Below, one piece after another: positions 1 to 8,848 of a stretch of 10,545 nt of DNA. This stretch comes from Paraspadella gotoi. Lineage: Eukaryota; Animalia; Chaetognatha. Both the position numbers and the translations under genes were made by a program. Position 1 is the first letter of the stretch. Each line of letters opens with the position of its first letter. The notes under the pieces are model-generated. The model searched no databases, was not told the origin of the DNA, and saw only the letters and a program-made list of their open reading frames with translations. Location of the stretch: NCBI GenBank assembly GCA_051294375.1, contig JBJCIZ010001608.1, forward strand, positions 1-10,545, written 5' to 3'.

Positions 1-1650
1 AAAAAAGAGAGAGAGATTACTTCAAAAATTAGGACATAACAAACATAATATTTTCTAAATATGCCTACTTTTTCCAGTAATGCATAAATTCCATATTCAA
101 TTAATGCTATACTCCTAAATCTTGGCAGATACTTTGAAATGCACTCCTACCATAATTTTGAATACCCAAAATTTTTCTTTCTAAATTGCTACTCTCTGCC
201 ACTACACACCATCTAATTCCAAATTCGCCATAATTAAATGGGTTGCATAGCATTTTTTCAAATGGGGCATAACAAGTTCCTGGCATACAATCTATACCAA
301 TGTTCTAAAGTCGGGTGCAGTAGATTCTATATGCATTAGCTTTACAAAATCAAATCTGCATTACACGAATATAAACAATATATTAAATTGGCATACTGCT
401 TGAGCATCACTTCTCGGAATATATCAAATACAACTTGCATACTTTTTTTTTTTTCAACTTGCTACAATGACATTGCTTTTTATAATCGAAACCTTAATGC
501 TGACTTTAAACCCGGTCTCCTTCTCACTAAAAAACGACTCTCCCGCATTTTACTTATGGTATTGACATTTTTAGCTGAGTGTCACCCGGCACTAAGATAT
601 ACCACTGCTTAGGACATTAAACTCCCAGAACATAGATTCGTGTTTGCCTAAGACCTTATTATCGATACATTACACACTATAAGTGATATACCAGCTAATA
701 TCGGACGAACTCATGGTCTTTCCAATTTATAGGTCCACCATGGCGTTCCAGTCTTGCGTCTGCATTTTAGTTTAAATCAATAAGTGGGTGATCTCGTGGG
801 AGGTAATCCATATTCTAACGAACATCGCTTTTAGCTGTCCCATTAAGTAGCTTAAAAACTTCTCCTTTCATATGCGTAATTTAACTTCTTTCTTCATCAG
901 TGGGCTTTTCCATTTTGCATTTAGATCATAGTCCAACAAATCAAAATTTTTCATCCAAACTCCAAGATTGTAAAAAATTGGGATTCACAGATAACAGGGA
1001 AAATGCCTAAATTTCGGCGGTGGGAAATGCGGTGGACCATCTCAATTCTCAATCTGGGTCTTAATTTACCTGATCCTTTGAATACGTATACCGAATTCGG
1101 TATCCGGAATTTACCCACATTTGACGCGTTACGCTGTAGATATGTAATATCTTTGGCACTGGCGATAGTGCTACTCTGGCCGATTATCCTTTTTGCAATT
1201 CCGACGTGACAGCTCGATTTAATTAATAATGGTATCCTCTTAACAAACTAATATAATCTAATCCTTATACCACTATTCTTCTAGGTTATTACCAACTTTA
1301 TTATTTTTTTATATTTCATGAATTAGAACACCTTTGGTTCAATGATTACCCATTGCCCTCTCTTCCGGGCGGGTGGGGTGGTTCTTCTGCCGGGTAACTT
1401 CGAGGTAAAGAAATACCCATAACTTCTCTCTTCCACGAGGATCACCGAGTTTGGGCGCCTATGATGTTCTTGATCTCTTTGGGATTTTAATACACGATTT
1501 AAAGCAATTATTATACTCTAGGGGCCTGGAGCGGGCACGTAGTCTTGCCAATCCCTTACTGTGGATCACAACGAGATGTTTGTGCGATAGTTTCTGGAGA
1601 GTGAAAGCTACTAAACGAATTCGAAAGCGCGATTTTCGAGATCGTTTTTT

Positions 1651-1744
1651 GCCATAACTTTTGAACGGATTATCCGATTTTTGATGAATTTTGTATTAGA
1701 TAATATTTTGGAATTCCCCTATCGATGCGGTACCAATTCCATTT
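1651..1744. mobile_element. Possible internal fragment of a non-autonomous DNA transposon/interspersed repeat
   Basis: GCCATAACTTTTGAACGGAT..CCGATTTTTGATGAATTT resembles, from recall only, the ATAACTTTT...CCGATTTT..ATGAAATTT motifs common inside invertebrate non-autonomous DNA elements. No termini were identified. Confidence 0.35.
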
Positions 1745-1788
1745 AAAAAATTACTAAATAGTTTAGAAACGATGCCATCCCCATCTTA

Positions 1789-2116
1789 GGGCAGTGTCTA
1801 CGAAAAGCCTTTCTCAAACTCTTGATTTCTAACTATTAAAATTACTACTTTCTAGTGTCTCGTTTGATTCTTTGGGTCATTCTTGATTTTAAAAATCGAT
1901 TTGGAATAGTTATCTCTCTGTCATTAAGCACAACGCACTGTTGCTTATTCTATTACTTCAAAATTCGCTACGACAAAAGTTCTTTCAAAGTTTTTGAACT
2001 AATTGAGCTGAAAAAATATATTTCAACTATCGAGTTATAAAATCTACTGTAACTATTGGCTTAAAAAATTTTTAAAAATTTAAGCTTTTCGTGAGAAGAA
2101 ATGTAGCGTAGACACT
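1789..2116. mobile_element. Putative MITE with terminal inverted repeats (PIF/Harbinger-like ends), right end damaged
   Basis: Left end is TTA|GGGCAGTGTCTACGAAAAGC (1789-1808). Its reverse complement GCTTTTCGTAGACACT occurs split at 2084-2092 and 2107-2116. The interior is AT-rich and non-coding. A related terminus preceded by TAA recurs at 10497. The right-hand terminal bases and target-site duplication are missing. Confidence 0.55.
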
Positions 2117-2498
2117 CTCTTTCTTGTGATCGTCGAGAAAAATGCGGACGTCGCCGTTCTCATCGCTTCTCCCGCTCATGCAGCCCTTTTTCCGCCGATT
2201 TGTGGATGCTTGAGTTCAACTTCATGCCCCGGAGTCACGCGTTCGAGACGTTAGCCGTACCTTGAAGTTTGACGAGGGAGATTTCGACTGAATGTTTCGC
2301 TGAATCTCGATAGGAATCATGAATAAAAAGTCACAACGAATAAGCAGAAAGAGAGAAACTTTTTTGTCCCGAAAAAATCCCGTAAAACCAATATTCGTGT
2401 CGGGCAAAATGTTCAAAGGCGAGTCTTAATCAGAACTACTAAGAATGTGTGTCTCTTTCTCAAAAAATTGACAACGGCCATGTAAAAGACCGGTAAAA

Positions 2499-2655
2499 TT
2501 ATTGAGAAGACCAATAAGACGGCTTAAATGAGAGAGAGAAAGAGAGAGAAATATAAGAGTAAGGCGTAACATTTATCAATATTCGTTCGACAGCGAATCG
2601 CCTCATTTGCCAAGTGATGACGATCTTGTCCGCGCCCTCATCCAACGGATCAAAC
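2499..2655 (-). CDS. Candidate coding exon fragment, unknown product (FDPLDEGADKIVITWQMRRFAVERILINVTPYSY...)
   Basis: Possible acceptor tttcactgcag|G at 2656/2655 in a GC-rich block. It lies in a stop-free minus frame (2789..2499) that is the in-register antisense of ORF 2607..2813. Strand and frame are ambiguous and no homolog is recognised. Confidence 0.2.
2530..2549. repeat. Short imperfect (GA)n microsatellite
   Basis: gagagagagaaagagagaga read directly. Confidence 0.85.
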
Positions 2656-2720
2656 CTGCAGTGAAATTCTACGCCCGTAAAGCGGTTCGTCGCGTCCTTA
2701 CGAAGTGCGTCTACTGCGTG

Positions 2721-2745
2721 TCTCTCTCTCTCTCTCTTTCTCTCT
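2721..2745. repeat. (TC)n microsatellite
   Basis: tctctctctctctctctttctctct read directly. Confidence 0.9.
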
Positions 2746-3038
2746 TTTCCAAGTGCCAGAATACTTGGTTCTTGGTAAGCGTCTCCCCATTATATTATCT
2801 CTCAGATCCATGAATAAGACTGTTGAACCTGTCGACTGCGCCGTCCGCATGAAACCAGATTGGAGGGCTTCGTTGAAGGTCCCGATACAACCCTGCCATC
2901 TTCGCCCACTGGCGATTATCATAAATCCCTCTTCAACATTTCTTTCCTTTTTTTTGGTTTATTTTAGTTTATGCTCCAAATAATTCGGTAACTCGCCATT
3001 TTTTTTTTCGATTTTGGTTGCTTAGCAGATTTAGTAAA

Positions 3039-3082
3039 GTCGACAGATTTTGCGGAATAATTTTCCGCAAAATCGTGTCGAC
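3039..3082. repeat. Inverted repeat/hairpin, 19-bp stem with one bulge, 5-nt loop
   Basis: GTCGACA-GATTTTGCGGAA (3039-3057) pairs with TTCCGCAAAATC-g-TGTCGAC (3063-3082); the loop is TAATT. Confidence 0.9.
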
Positions 3083-4684
3083 ACTGGGAAAAAATGATTA
3101 AAAAATTATCCTGATGCTTTAAGATAACGTAAAATGATGCGGTTTTTTAAGATTTAACAAGAATAATAACTAGTCCAACTAATAAAACTATAAAAACAAA
3201 TAAATCTATAGTCGAAAAGAAAAATAAACTACAATCACAAAAAATCACAAATTCAAAGACATCTTAAAAAAATTTTTTTAAGAAAACGCATGAAGCTTAT
3301 TTCTTTATATTACAGATATAATTAGCTTATCATGTGGGGAATATTTTGCATTAGTTTCAATTAATTTAAAGAATGTTCAGTTAGTCTAAAATGCTGAAAT
3401 GAAAAAATGCCATTTTTTGACTAACCATTTTAAAAAATTCATTGCAGACAAACGGTGAATCATTAACAAAAATGCTTCTACCCCAGTAGAAAGAACATAA
3501 AGGCGAACCCAAAAGCAAAGTAAAAAATTTTTCTTTTTTGATCTTCACCTTGAAAATTAGTGCCAAAACTGAAAATGGACAAAAATGGACAAGATTTTTG
3601 AAGATAAAAATTGCTTAAAAACTATCTTTACTGTATCAAATTTATATGGGAATGGTTTTATTTACACCATTGTTCGGCACTCTTTGTGATATAGTCCAAA
3701 GTATAAAAAAATTATCATTCATATTTGAATAATCAGGAGAGGGAGAGAGAGATGCCACCATCCTAGAGAGAGTTAGGGAATAAAAAAGGAAGAAGGCTTG
3801 TAACGCTGTGATGATGTTGGCCGAGAGAAGAAATAATCTTTGCTGGAGCTAAATGGGGGAAAAAAAGGGAAAAAAGTAAGATACATTAAAAAAAAAAGTT
3901 GTGTAAGTTGGCATTGTTTCGTCATATGTGTTGTTGAACCAACATTGGTATAATATTTTTATTAATTCCGGTTTGGATACCTTAAGCAGGCATAAAGGGC
4001 AAAAAACATAAAAAAATACCCATAATTTGGTGTACAGCAACTTTAAAACGTATGCTAAGATGTTTATTTTTTTAAATTAATTTTTTTAAAGTTGAATTTT
4101 TAAATATTGTTTCCTTTTATTTAAGTTATGTAAAAATGTATCACATTATAAGAGTTGAAGCTTAAAAAGTTCTAAAATCAAAAGTCTTGACCCTACCTTC
4201 TTGGACAGATGGGATCCTACTAAGATTTTTAAGAAATTTTGTAAGACCCTTTTTTTAGGTTGTTGTTAACTTTATGATTAGGTTTAAATATATGCATTAT
4301 TTCACATCGGTACGTTTAAAGCATTCCCCTCTTCTTATTTCTCTTTGGACGCTCCGCTTGGAGCGAAGCAAAGGTATCATGGGGAAAAAAATAATTATCA
4401 ATGGTGATGAATATACATTAGTAGTATATATAAGTTCTGTATGCCGGTTTTTTTCCTTTTTTGTGAAGACTTTCTGTTGTTTTAATTTTTTCTTAATAAT
4501 ATAAGAATGGGTCATGCTCACAAGGTGGTTAAATACATTAAACATAGAGTCATAAAGTCATTTAAGATGTTTACATCTTAAAATTTTTGATTATTACTAA
4601 ATTTCATCAATAAGAATAGTAATTAAAAAAAAAGCTGAATGTGTAACTGGACTTGCCATGAATGTAAAATTAGGTGATTTATTT

Positions 4685-4705
4685 AGTCGCATTACTAATG
4701 CGACT
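4685..4705. repeat. Interrupted palindrome, 10-bp arms with 1-nt centre
   Basis: AGTCGCATTA-C-TAATGCGACT; the arms are exact reverse complements. Confidence 0.85.
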
Positions 4706-4950
4706 GAAAACAAAAAAATCAATCAATCATGCAAAGGATATGATAGGATGAAATTTGGAAGCAAAAATAGGGGATAAAGATGGGGCAATTATCTTAGACC
4801 CTAAGGGTAAAATTATGAACAAAATAAGATGAATGTAGAATAACATGAGAGTAGTATAAAATTATGACCAAAAAATAAATAATGAAGGTACTAAATAATA
4901 AATAAGAAAGATGACAGAATCGTAAAATCCTTTCACAGCTCAGCTCCGAA

Positions 4951-4956
4951 TTTATT
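4951..4956 (-). promoter_or_regulatory. Candidate AATAAA polyadenylation signal
   Basis: AATAAA on the minus strand about 90 nt downstream of the TGA of candidate exon 5138..5046, near the end of the GC-rich block. The hexamer is common by chance in AT-rich DNA. Confidence 0.25.
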
Positions 4957-5045
4957 AGCCGCAGTTTCCAGGTGGCCAGTGATGCGTTATCCTCGCGATC
5001 GTTAGTCGTGAACTTCATGCGGGCTTTGGCTGGAGACTCTCGTGC

Positions 5046-5138
5046 TCAGCGGAAGGTGGAGGCGTTGCCGGCGCCGTTGCCAGAGTAATTGCCCACGCGA
5101 AAGTTCGAAAAGCCTTTTTTGAATTCGTTACGTGCGAC
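5046..5138 (-). CDS. Candidate terminal coding exon (VARNEFKKGFSNFRVGNYSGNGAGNASTFR*), unknown product
   Basis: Acceptor gatttttaaccag|GTC. 21 of 30 codons end in C/G against an AT-rich background, the frame ends in TGA, and AATAAA follows. Another frame (SHVTNSKK...QPKPA*) is also open. Confidence 0.4.
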   Translation of the reverse strand, partial: VARNEFKKGFSNFRVGNYSGNGAGNASTFR

Positions 5139-5599
5139 CTGGTTAAAAATCGGTGGGACGAAAAATCTCATTTAGCAATGTTGCAGGTAAAGAAGATTTC
5201 CCGCGGTTATAATTATTTTAGCATAAATATTTCCGAGATTAAAATTAAATCGCGAATGTAAATGGTTTCGCTTATATTTAGAAATATTTTAAGAAATCGT
5301 ACACTTTAAATTAATTCCCGCGTTGAATTTATTTTCAATGCAATTAAATTTTTTTACCCACCATAGCGAAATATGTATAGCTTGATATAATATGAGAAAT
5401 AAGAAATTAATAATTGCTGAAGATCCTGGCATTTTTTTCCTTACAATAAGGTTTTATTAATGTAGTGGCTGCTCCAGCAGCCTAGCGATGCTAACATGAA
5501 AGGATTGCCCAGCATGAGTGTGAATTCCTTTAGAATATTAACCACGGGGTGAGCGATTGGCTCTGCTCTCTATCCTGTCCGATTAAGCCCTTTTGGAAA

Positions 5600-7456
5600 A
5601 GAGGGGGATTTGAATATCCGGGCCCCAAAAATGCCCAATATAAAGGGGGGGTCTTTTATTTTGTTGTTTGACCGTTTACCTTTTCCCCAAAGACTGAAAA
5701 AATGGGTCCCCGGGTAAATAATAGAGAAGAGGAAATGGGGGTGGGGGGGGGGGGGGGGAATAGGTTTTTTGGGAGGTTAAAAAAAAAAATAAAAAAAAAA
5801 AAAGGTCCCCCCCGCCCCCCCGCCCCTGCGCCCCCCCCCCCCCCCGCCCCCCCCCGCGCCCCTTTTCGCCCCCCCCCGCCCGCGCGCGCCCGGCGCCCCG
5901 CCCCGCCCCCCCCTCGCACCCCCCCCCTTGTTTTTTCCCGCCCACCTGGGGGGGGCCCGCCCCGGAGGGAGAAAGTAGGGGAATTGGTAAAGGGGTAGGG
6001 AGGGGAGGTTAGTGAAAAAAAAAAAAGCTGGGCGGGGGTTTGCCCGCCGCGATGCCCCTAGCCAAGTTGGGGGGGGGGGGGGGGTTTTTCCCACTCCGCC
6101 CCCGTACTATATTAATTGACACCGCACCTTTGACTGGTTGCAGTTTGGAGGTGGGGGGGAACACCCAAATAAGTAAGAGTTGAAGTAGGGGGGGGGGGGC
6201 GGGACAAAAGAGGGGTAATAGAGGAGAGTTATTGGGGGGGGAAAGATAGATAGAAGGGTGAAAGAGTATAGGGGCGAAGGGAAATAGGGGTGGGCCTCGA
6301 AGAACGTAAAATAAATGGGACATTGAAATAGGATAGGAAGAAAGACAAAGGTAAAGGGATAGGGGGGAAAAGCAAGGAAAGGGTGAGGGAATTAGAGGGG
6401 AAGGTGGAAGGGAGGTTGGGTGTATAGGGGGAAGAAAAAAAAAAAAAAGAAAAAAAGATGGGGGAAAAAAGGATTTAAAAAGTTTGGAATATTATTATAG
6501 GGTAAAGAAAGGAAAAAAAAAAATTAAGAAAAAAAAAAATTTTAAACAAAAAATCAGAGGGAGGTTATCAAGTAAAAATGAAAATTGTAAATCCCGCAGA
6601 TAGAAAATGAGGGGAAAAAGCGCGGCCTGTAGAAAAAAGTAAAATTAGGGTAAAAACAGTTAAAAAAGCTGGGGGTTAAATAAATAAACATAAATAAAGC
6701 CACGAAAAAAATTAAAAGAGACATTTTATTTAACAATTGGGTAAAGACGATTTTAGATGATGGGGTAAAGAAAACCCAATAAGAAAAAAAAAACCGCAAT
6801 AAGTATTTTTTTAAAAAATAGAGGGGTGAAAGTATAGATAATAAGAAATGAGGGTTCGCCCCGCGCCCGAGCCCCGCCGGCTTTGATTAAGTAAACATTT
6901 ATGTTGGCAAAAAAAATATTTGGGCGCCGTTATTCGGCCTGTGGAAATATAGGATGAAAAGCCATACCAAACGAACAAGGCCCTATAATAGGGCCCCATT
7001 GATTTTATTATATTAATTAAAATTTATAAAATTTTATTGTTTTGTTTATTTTAAATAAATTTTGGGGCCTTTTATAGGGCGTAGATAAAAATAATAAATA
7101 AGTTTTTTGCGCGCTAAATCAATTTAAAGAAAAAAAAAAAATTATCAAAGTAAGTTTTGTTGTATGTTTTTTCATTTATTCATTTTTTTGTGATCGCCGC
7201 CCGCAAAAAACCAAAATTCAGAAATTTTTTTTGTTTTTTTTGTTATTTTGGTTCCCGCCCCTCCCATGATAAAGGAAAAATAATAATATGTGTAGCTAGA
7301 ATTTAAACACAATATAAGGGTAAGGCAACCGGTTTTTATTTATTCATTTTTTTTTTTTATGCAAGTACATATAGGTTATAAGAGAATTGATTAGGAGGGT
7401 TAAAAGGGGGTTTTTTTTAAATAATAATGAAAGGTAAGGGTTAAAAGGTAAAAAAA
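5600..7456. other. Homopolymer-rich low-complexity block, probably low-quality/uncorrected sequence
   Basis: Dense long runs of G, C, A and T (e.g. 5737-5758, 5779-5928, 6069-6084, 6436-6456), unlike the flanks. Boundaries are approximate. Confidence 0.8.
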
Positions 7457-7639
7457 CGTGGCCGAATCTCAAGGACCACCACCGCTGGTGTCACAGCGTC
7501 TACAATGCTCCGGAGATCCCCATTTGTAACGTTCCTCACCACGAAAAGGAAATCGAAAATCTTGATGGCGGGGAATTCTTTGTTTATTCTGTCCCGCCGC
7601 CGTCGGCTGCCGTGGAAATGACGCCGTTCCATCCACTGC

Positions 7640-7674
7640 TCAGACCGTGCGAATTCGCAGAAGCGAGGAACGAC
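7640..7674 (-). CDS. Candidate exon downstream of 8115-8179 ((G)RSSLLRIRTV*)
   Basis: A pyrimidine-rich tract ending ccattccag|GT marks the edge of a GC-rich block. Read in the phase imposed by the phase-1 donor at 8114 it ends in TGA, with AATAAA at 7588-7583. Other frames are also open, so the frame is uncertain. Confidence 0.3.
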
Positions 7675-7835
7675 CTGGAATGGGCATGTGGACAGTGGGG
7701 GGGGGAGGTGAGGAAAAAATGGTGAGTGAGATGCAGAGATAATGAATTATGCTACAAAAGGGTCGACACTGGACGTGGAGGGCTGATCAGAGAAAGATGC
7801 ATCTTTTAACCTGGATTAAAGATTAAAGAAGGAAG

Positions 7836-8011
7836 TGATGAATGAATGAAAAAAAAGAAAATAATAAAACAAAGAATGATAAAAGAAATAAATGAATGGG
7901 AATGAATGAATGAAATGAATGAATGAAATGAAATGAAGTGAATTGAATGAATGAAAAAATTGAATGCCGTCATGCAAGTGAATGAATAAATTGATAAATG
8001 AATGAATGAAT
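7836..8011. repeat. Degenerate (GAAT)n/(GAAAT)n simple repeat
   Basis: Repeated gaat/gaaat units, e.g. aatgaatgaatgaaatgaatgaatgaaatgaaatgaa at 7901-7937. It lies within the candidate intron 8114..7675. Confidence 0.9.
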
Positions 8012-8114
8012 AAAATTATTGAAATAACTATTATCTAAAAGAAAGGCAATGAACGAATTAATAATGTAACCTGAAAAAGGGAGCCTAAAATATTTTAAAA
8101 CTTTTTTTATTTAC

Positions 8115-8179
8115 CAGGGAACTCCTCGGGGCCGATGTAATAGACTCCACTGACGCCATTCACGATGTCGCTCGGCATC
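8115..8179 (-). CDS. Probable 65-nt internal coding exon (MPSDIVNGVSGVYYIGPEEFP), unknown product
   Basis: GC-rich island bounded exactly by acceptor cttttctttttcacag|G (8180/8179) and donor CTG|gtaaat (8115/8114). 16 of 21 codons end in C/G. Confidence 0.6.
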
Positions 8180-8409
8180 CTGTGAAAAAGAAAAGTAATT
8201 GGGGTTAATTATTTAAGATAAAGGGTTCCGTTAATTTCTAAAACGAAGTTTGGAAATAAATTTTTGAGAGAAAAAAAAAATAATCCAGGGATCCAATTAC
8301 GGAAAATTTTTATGTTTTTTTCTGCCTGAAGATGTTTGTTTTCATAATGCGGAATCAAAACAAGATGTTTGTCGACGCAAAACGTTTCGCGTGTTAAAAA
8401 AAGAAACAA

Positions 8410-8518
8410 TCTCTCTCTCTCGGTCCTCCCTCTCGGATCTCTCTCGCTCTCTCTCGTGGGCGAGATCTCTCTCTCCTCGTCTCTCTCTCTGCTCACTCTC
8501 TCTGCTCTCTCTCGTCTC
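8410..8518. repeat. Degenerate (CT)n microsatellite
   Basis: Interrupted ctctct tract read directly. Confidence 0.9.
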
Positions 8519-8578
8519 CCTTTGTTCTTTTAAGAATGCTCAAGATTTAAGTCAAATCTAGGCGAAAAAAGAAGGAAG

Positions 8579-8607
8579 AAGAGAGAAGAGAGAGAAAAAG
8601 AGAGGAG

Positions 8608-8652
<45 letters not shown>
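8579..8652. repeat. (GA)n microsatellite
   Basis: Pure purine tract dominated by gagaga. Confidence 0.95.
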
Positions 8653-8655
<3 letters not shown>

Positions 8656-8769
8656 TTGATATATAAAGTATTTCGGATATAATAAATTTTTTTGTCGCAT
8701 AGTGGTTTTCTTTTCTCTTCTTCCTTCTTCATTGTTTTGAGAAAAAAACAAAGGCTCTTGACAAGGAAC

Positions 8770-8805
8770 AGAGAGAGAGAAGAAAGATAGAGAGAGAGAG
8801 GAGAC

Positions 8806-8848
<43 letters not shown>

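Noticed and set aside
457-510. TCYNDIAFYNRNLNAD resembling the parvoviral/Polinton phospholipase A2 motif (C..HD.AY)
   Set aside because: The catalytic His is absent and there is no upstream Y.GPG calcium-binding loop.
1088-1103. Perfect 16-bp palindrome ATACCGAATTCGGTAT
   Set aside because: 8-bp arms are not unexpected in 10 kb, and there is no supporting context.
2200-2260. GTTCGAGAC resembling a tRNA/SINE B-box
   Set aside because: No proper T-stem, A-box or cloverleaf could be built.
3759-3848. Minus-strand pyrimidine tract plus hydrophobic frame LQQRLFLLSANIITALQAFFLFYSL
   Set aside because: No good donor site, and the hydrophobicity follows from the T/C-rich composition.
5046-5138. 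ARNEFKKGFSN resembling the SCAMP C-terminal AQ.EF..G motif
   Set aside because: Only a few residues match and no SCAMP transmembrane exons are visible upstream, so no gene symbol was assigned.
5656-6323. Gly/Pro/Arg-rich ORFs resembling extensin, formin or collagen
   Set aside because: They are translations of G/C/A homopolymer runs, open in several frames on both strands, with no Gly-X-Y periodicity or domain.
7836-8011. Repeat cluster considered as a CRISPR or telomeric array
   Set aside because: Degenerate 4-5 nt units with no repeat-spacer structure and no canonical telomere unit.
8118-8194. Plus-strand reading of the same block (tttaccag|G ELLGADVIDSTDAIHDVARHPVKKK)
   Set aside because: The donor is weak, GTA/ATA codons and D/V-rich content are typical of antisense, and the minus-strand splice sites fit the GC boundaries exactly.
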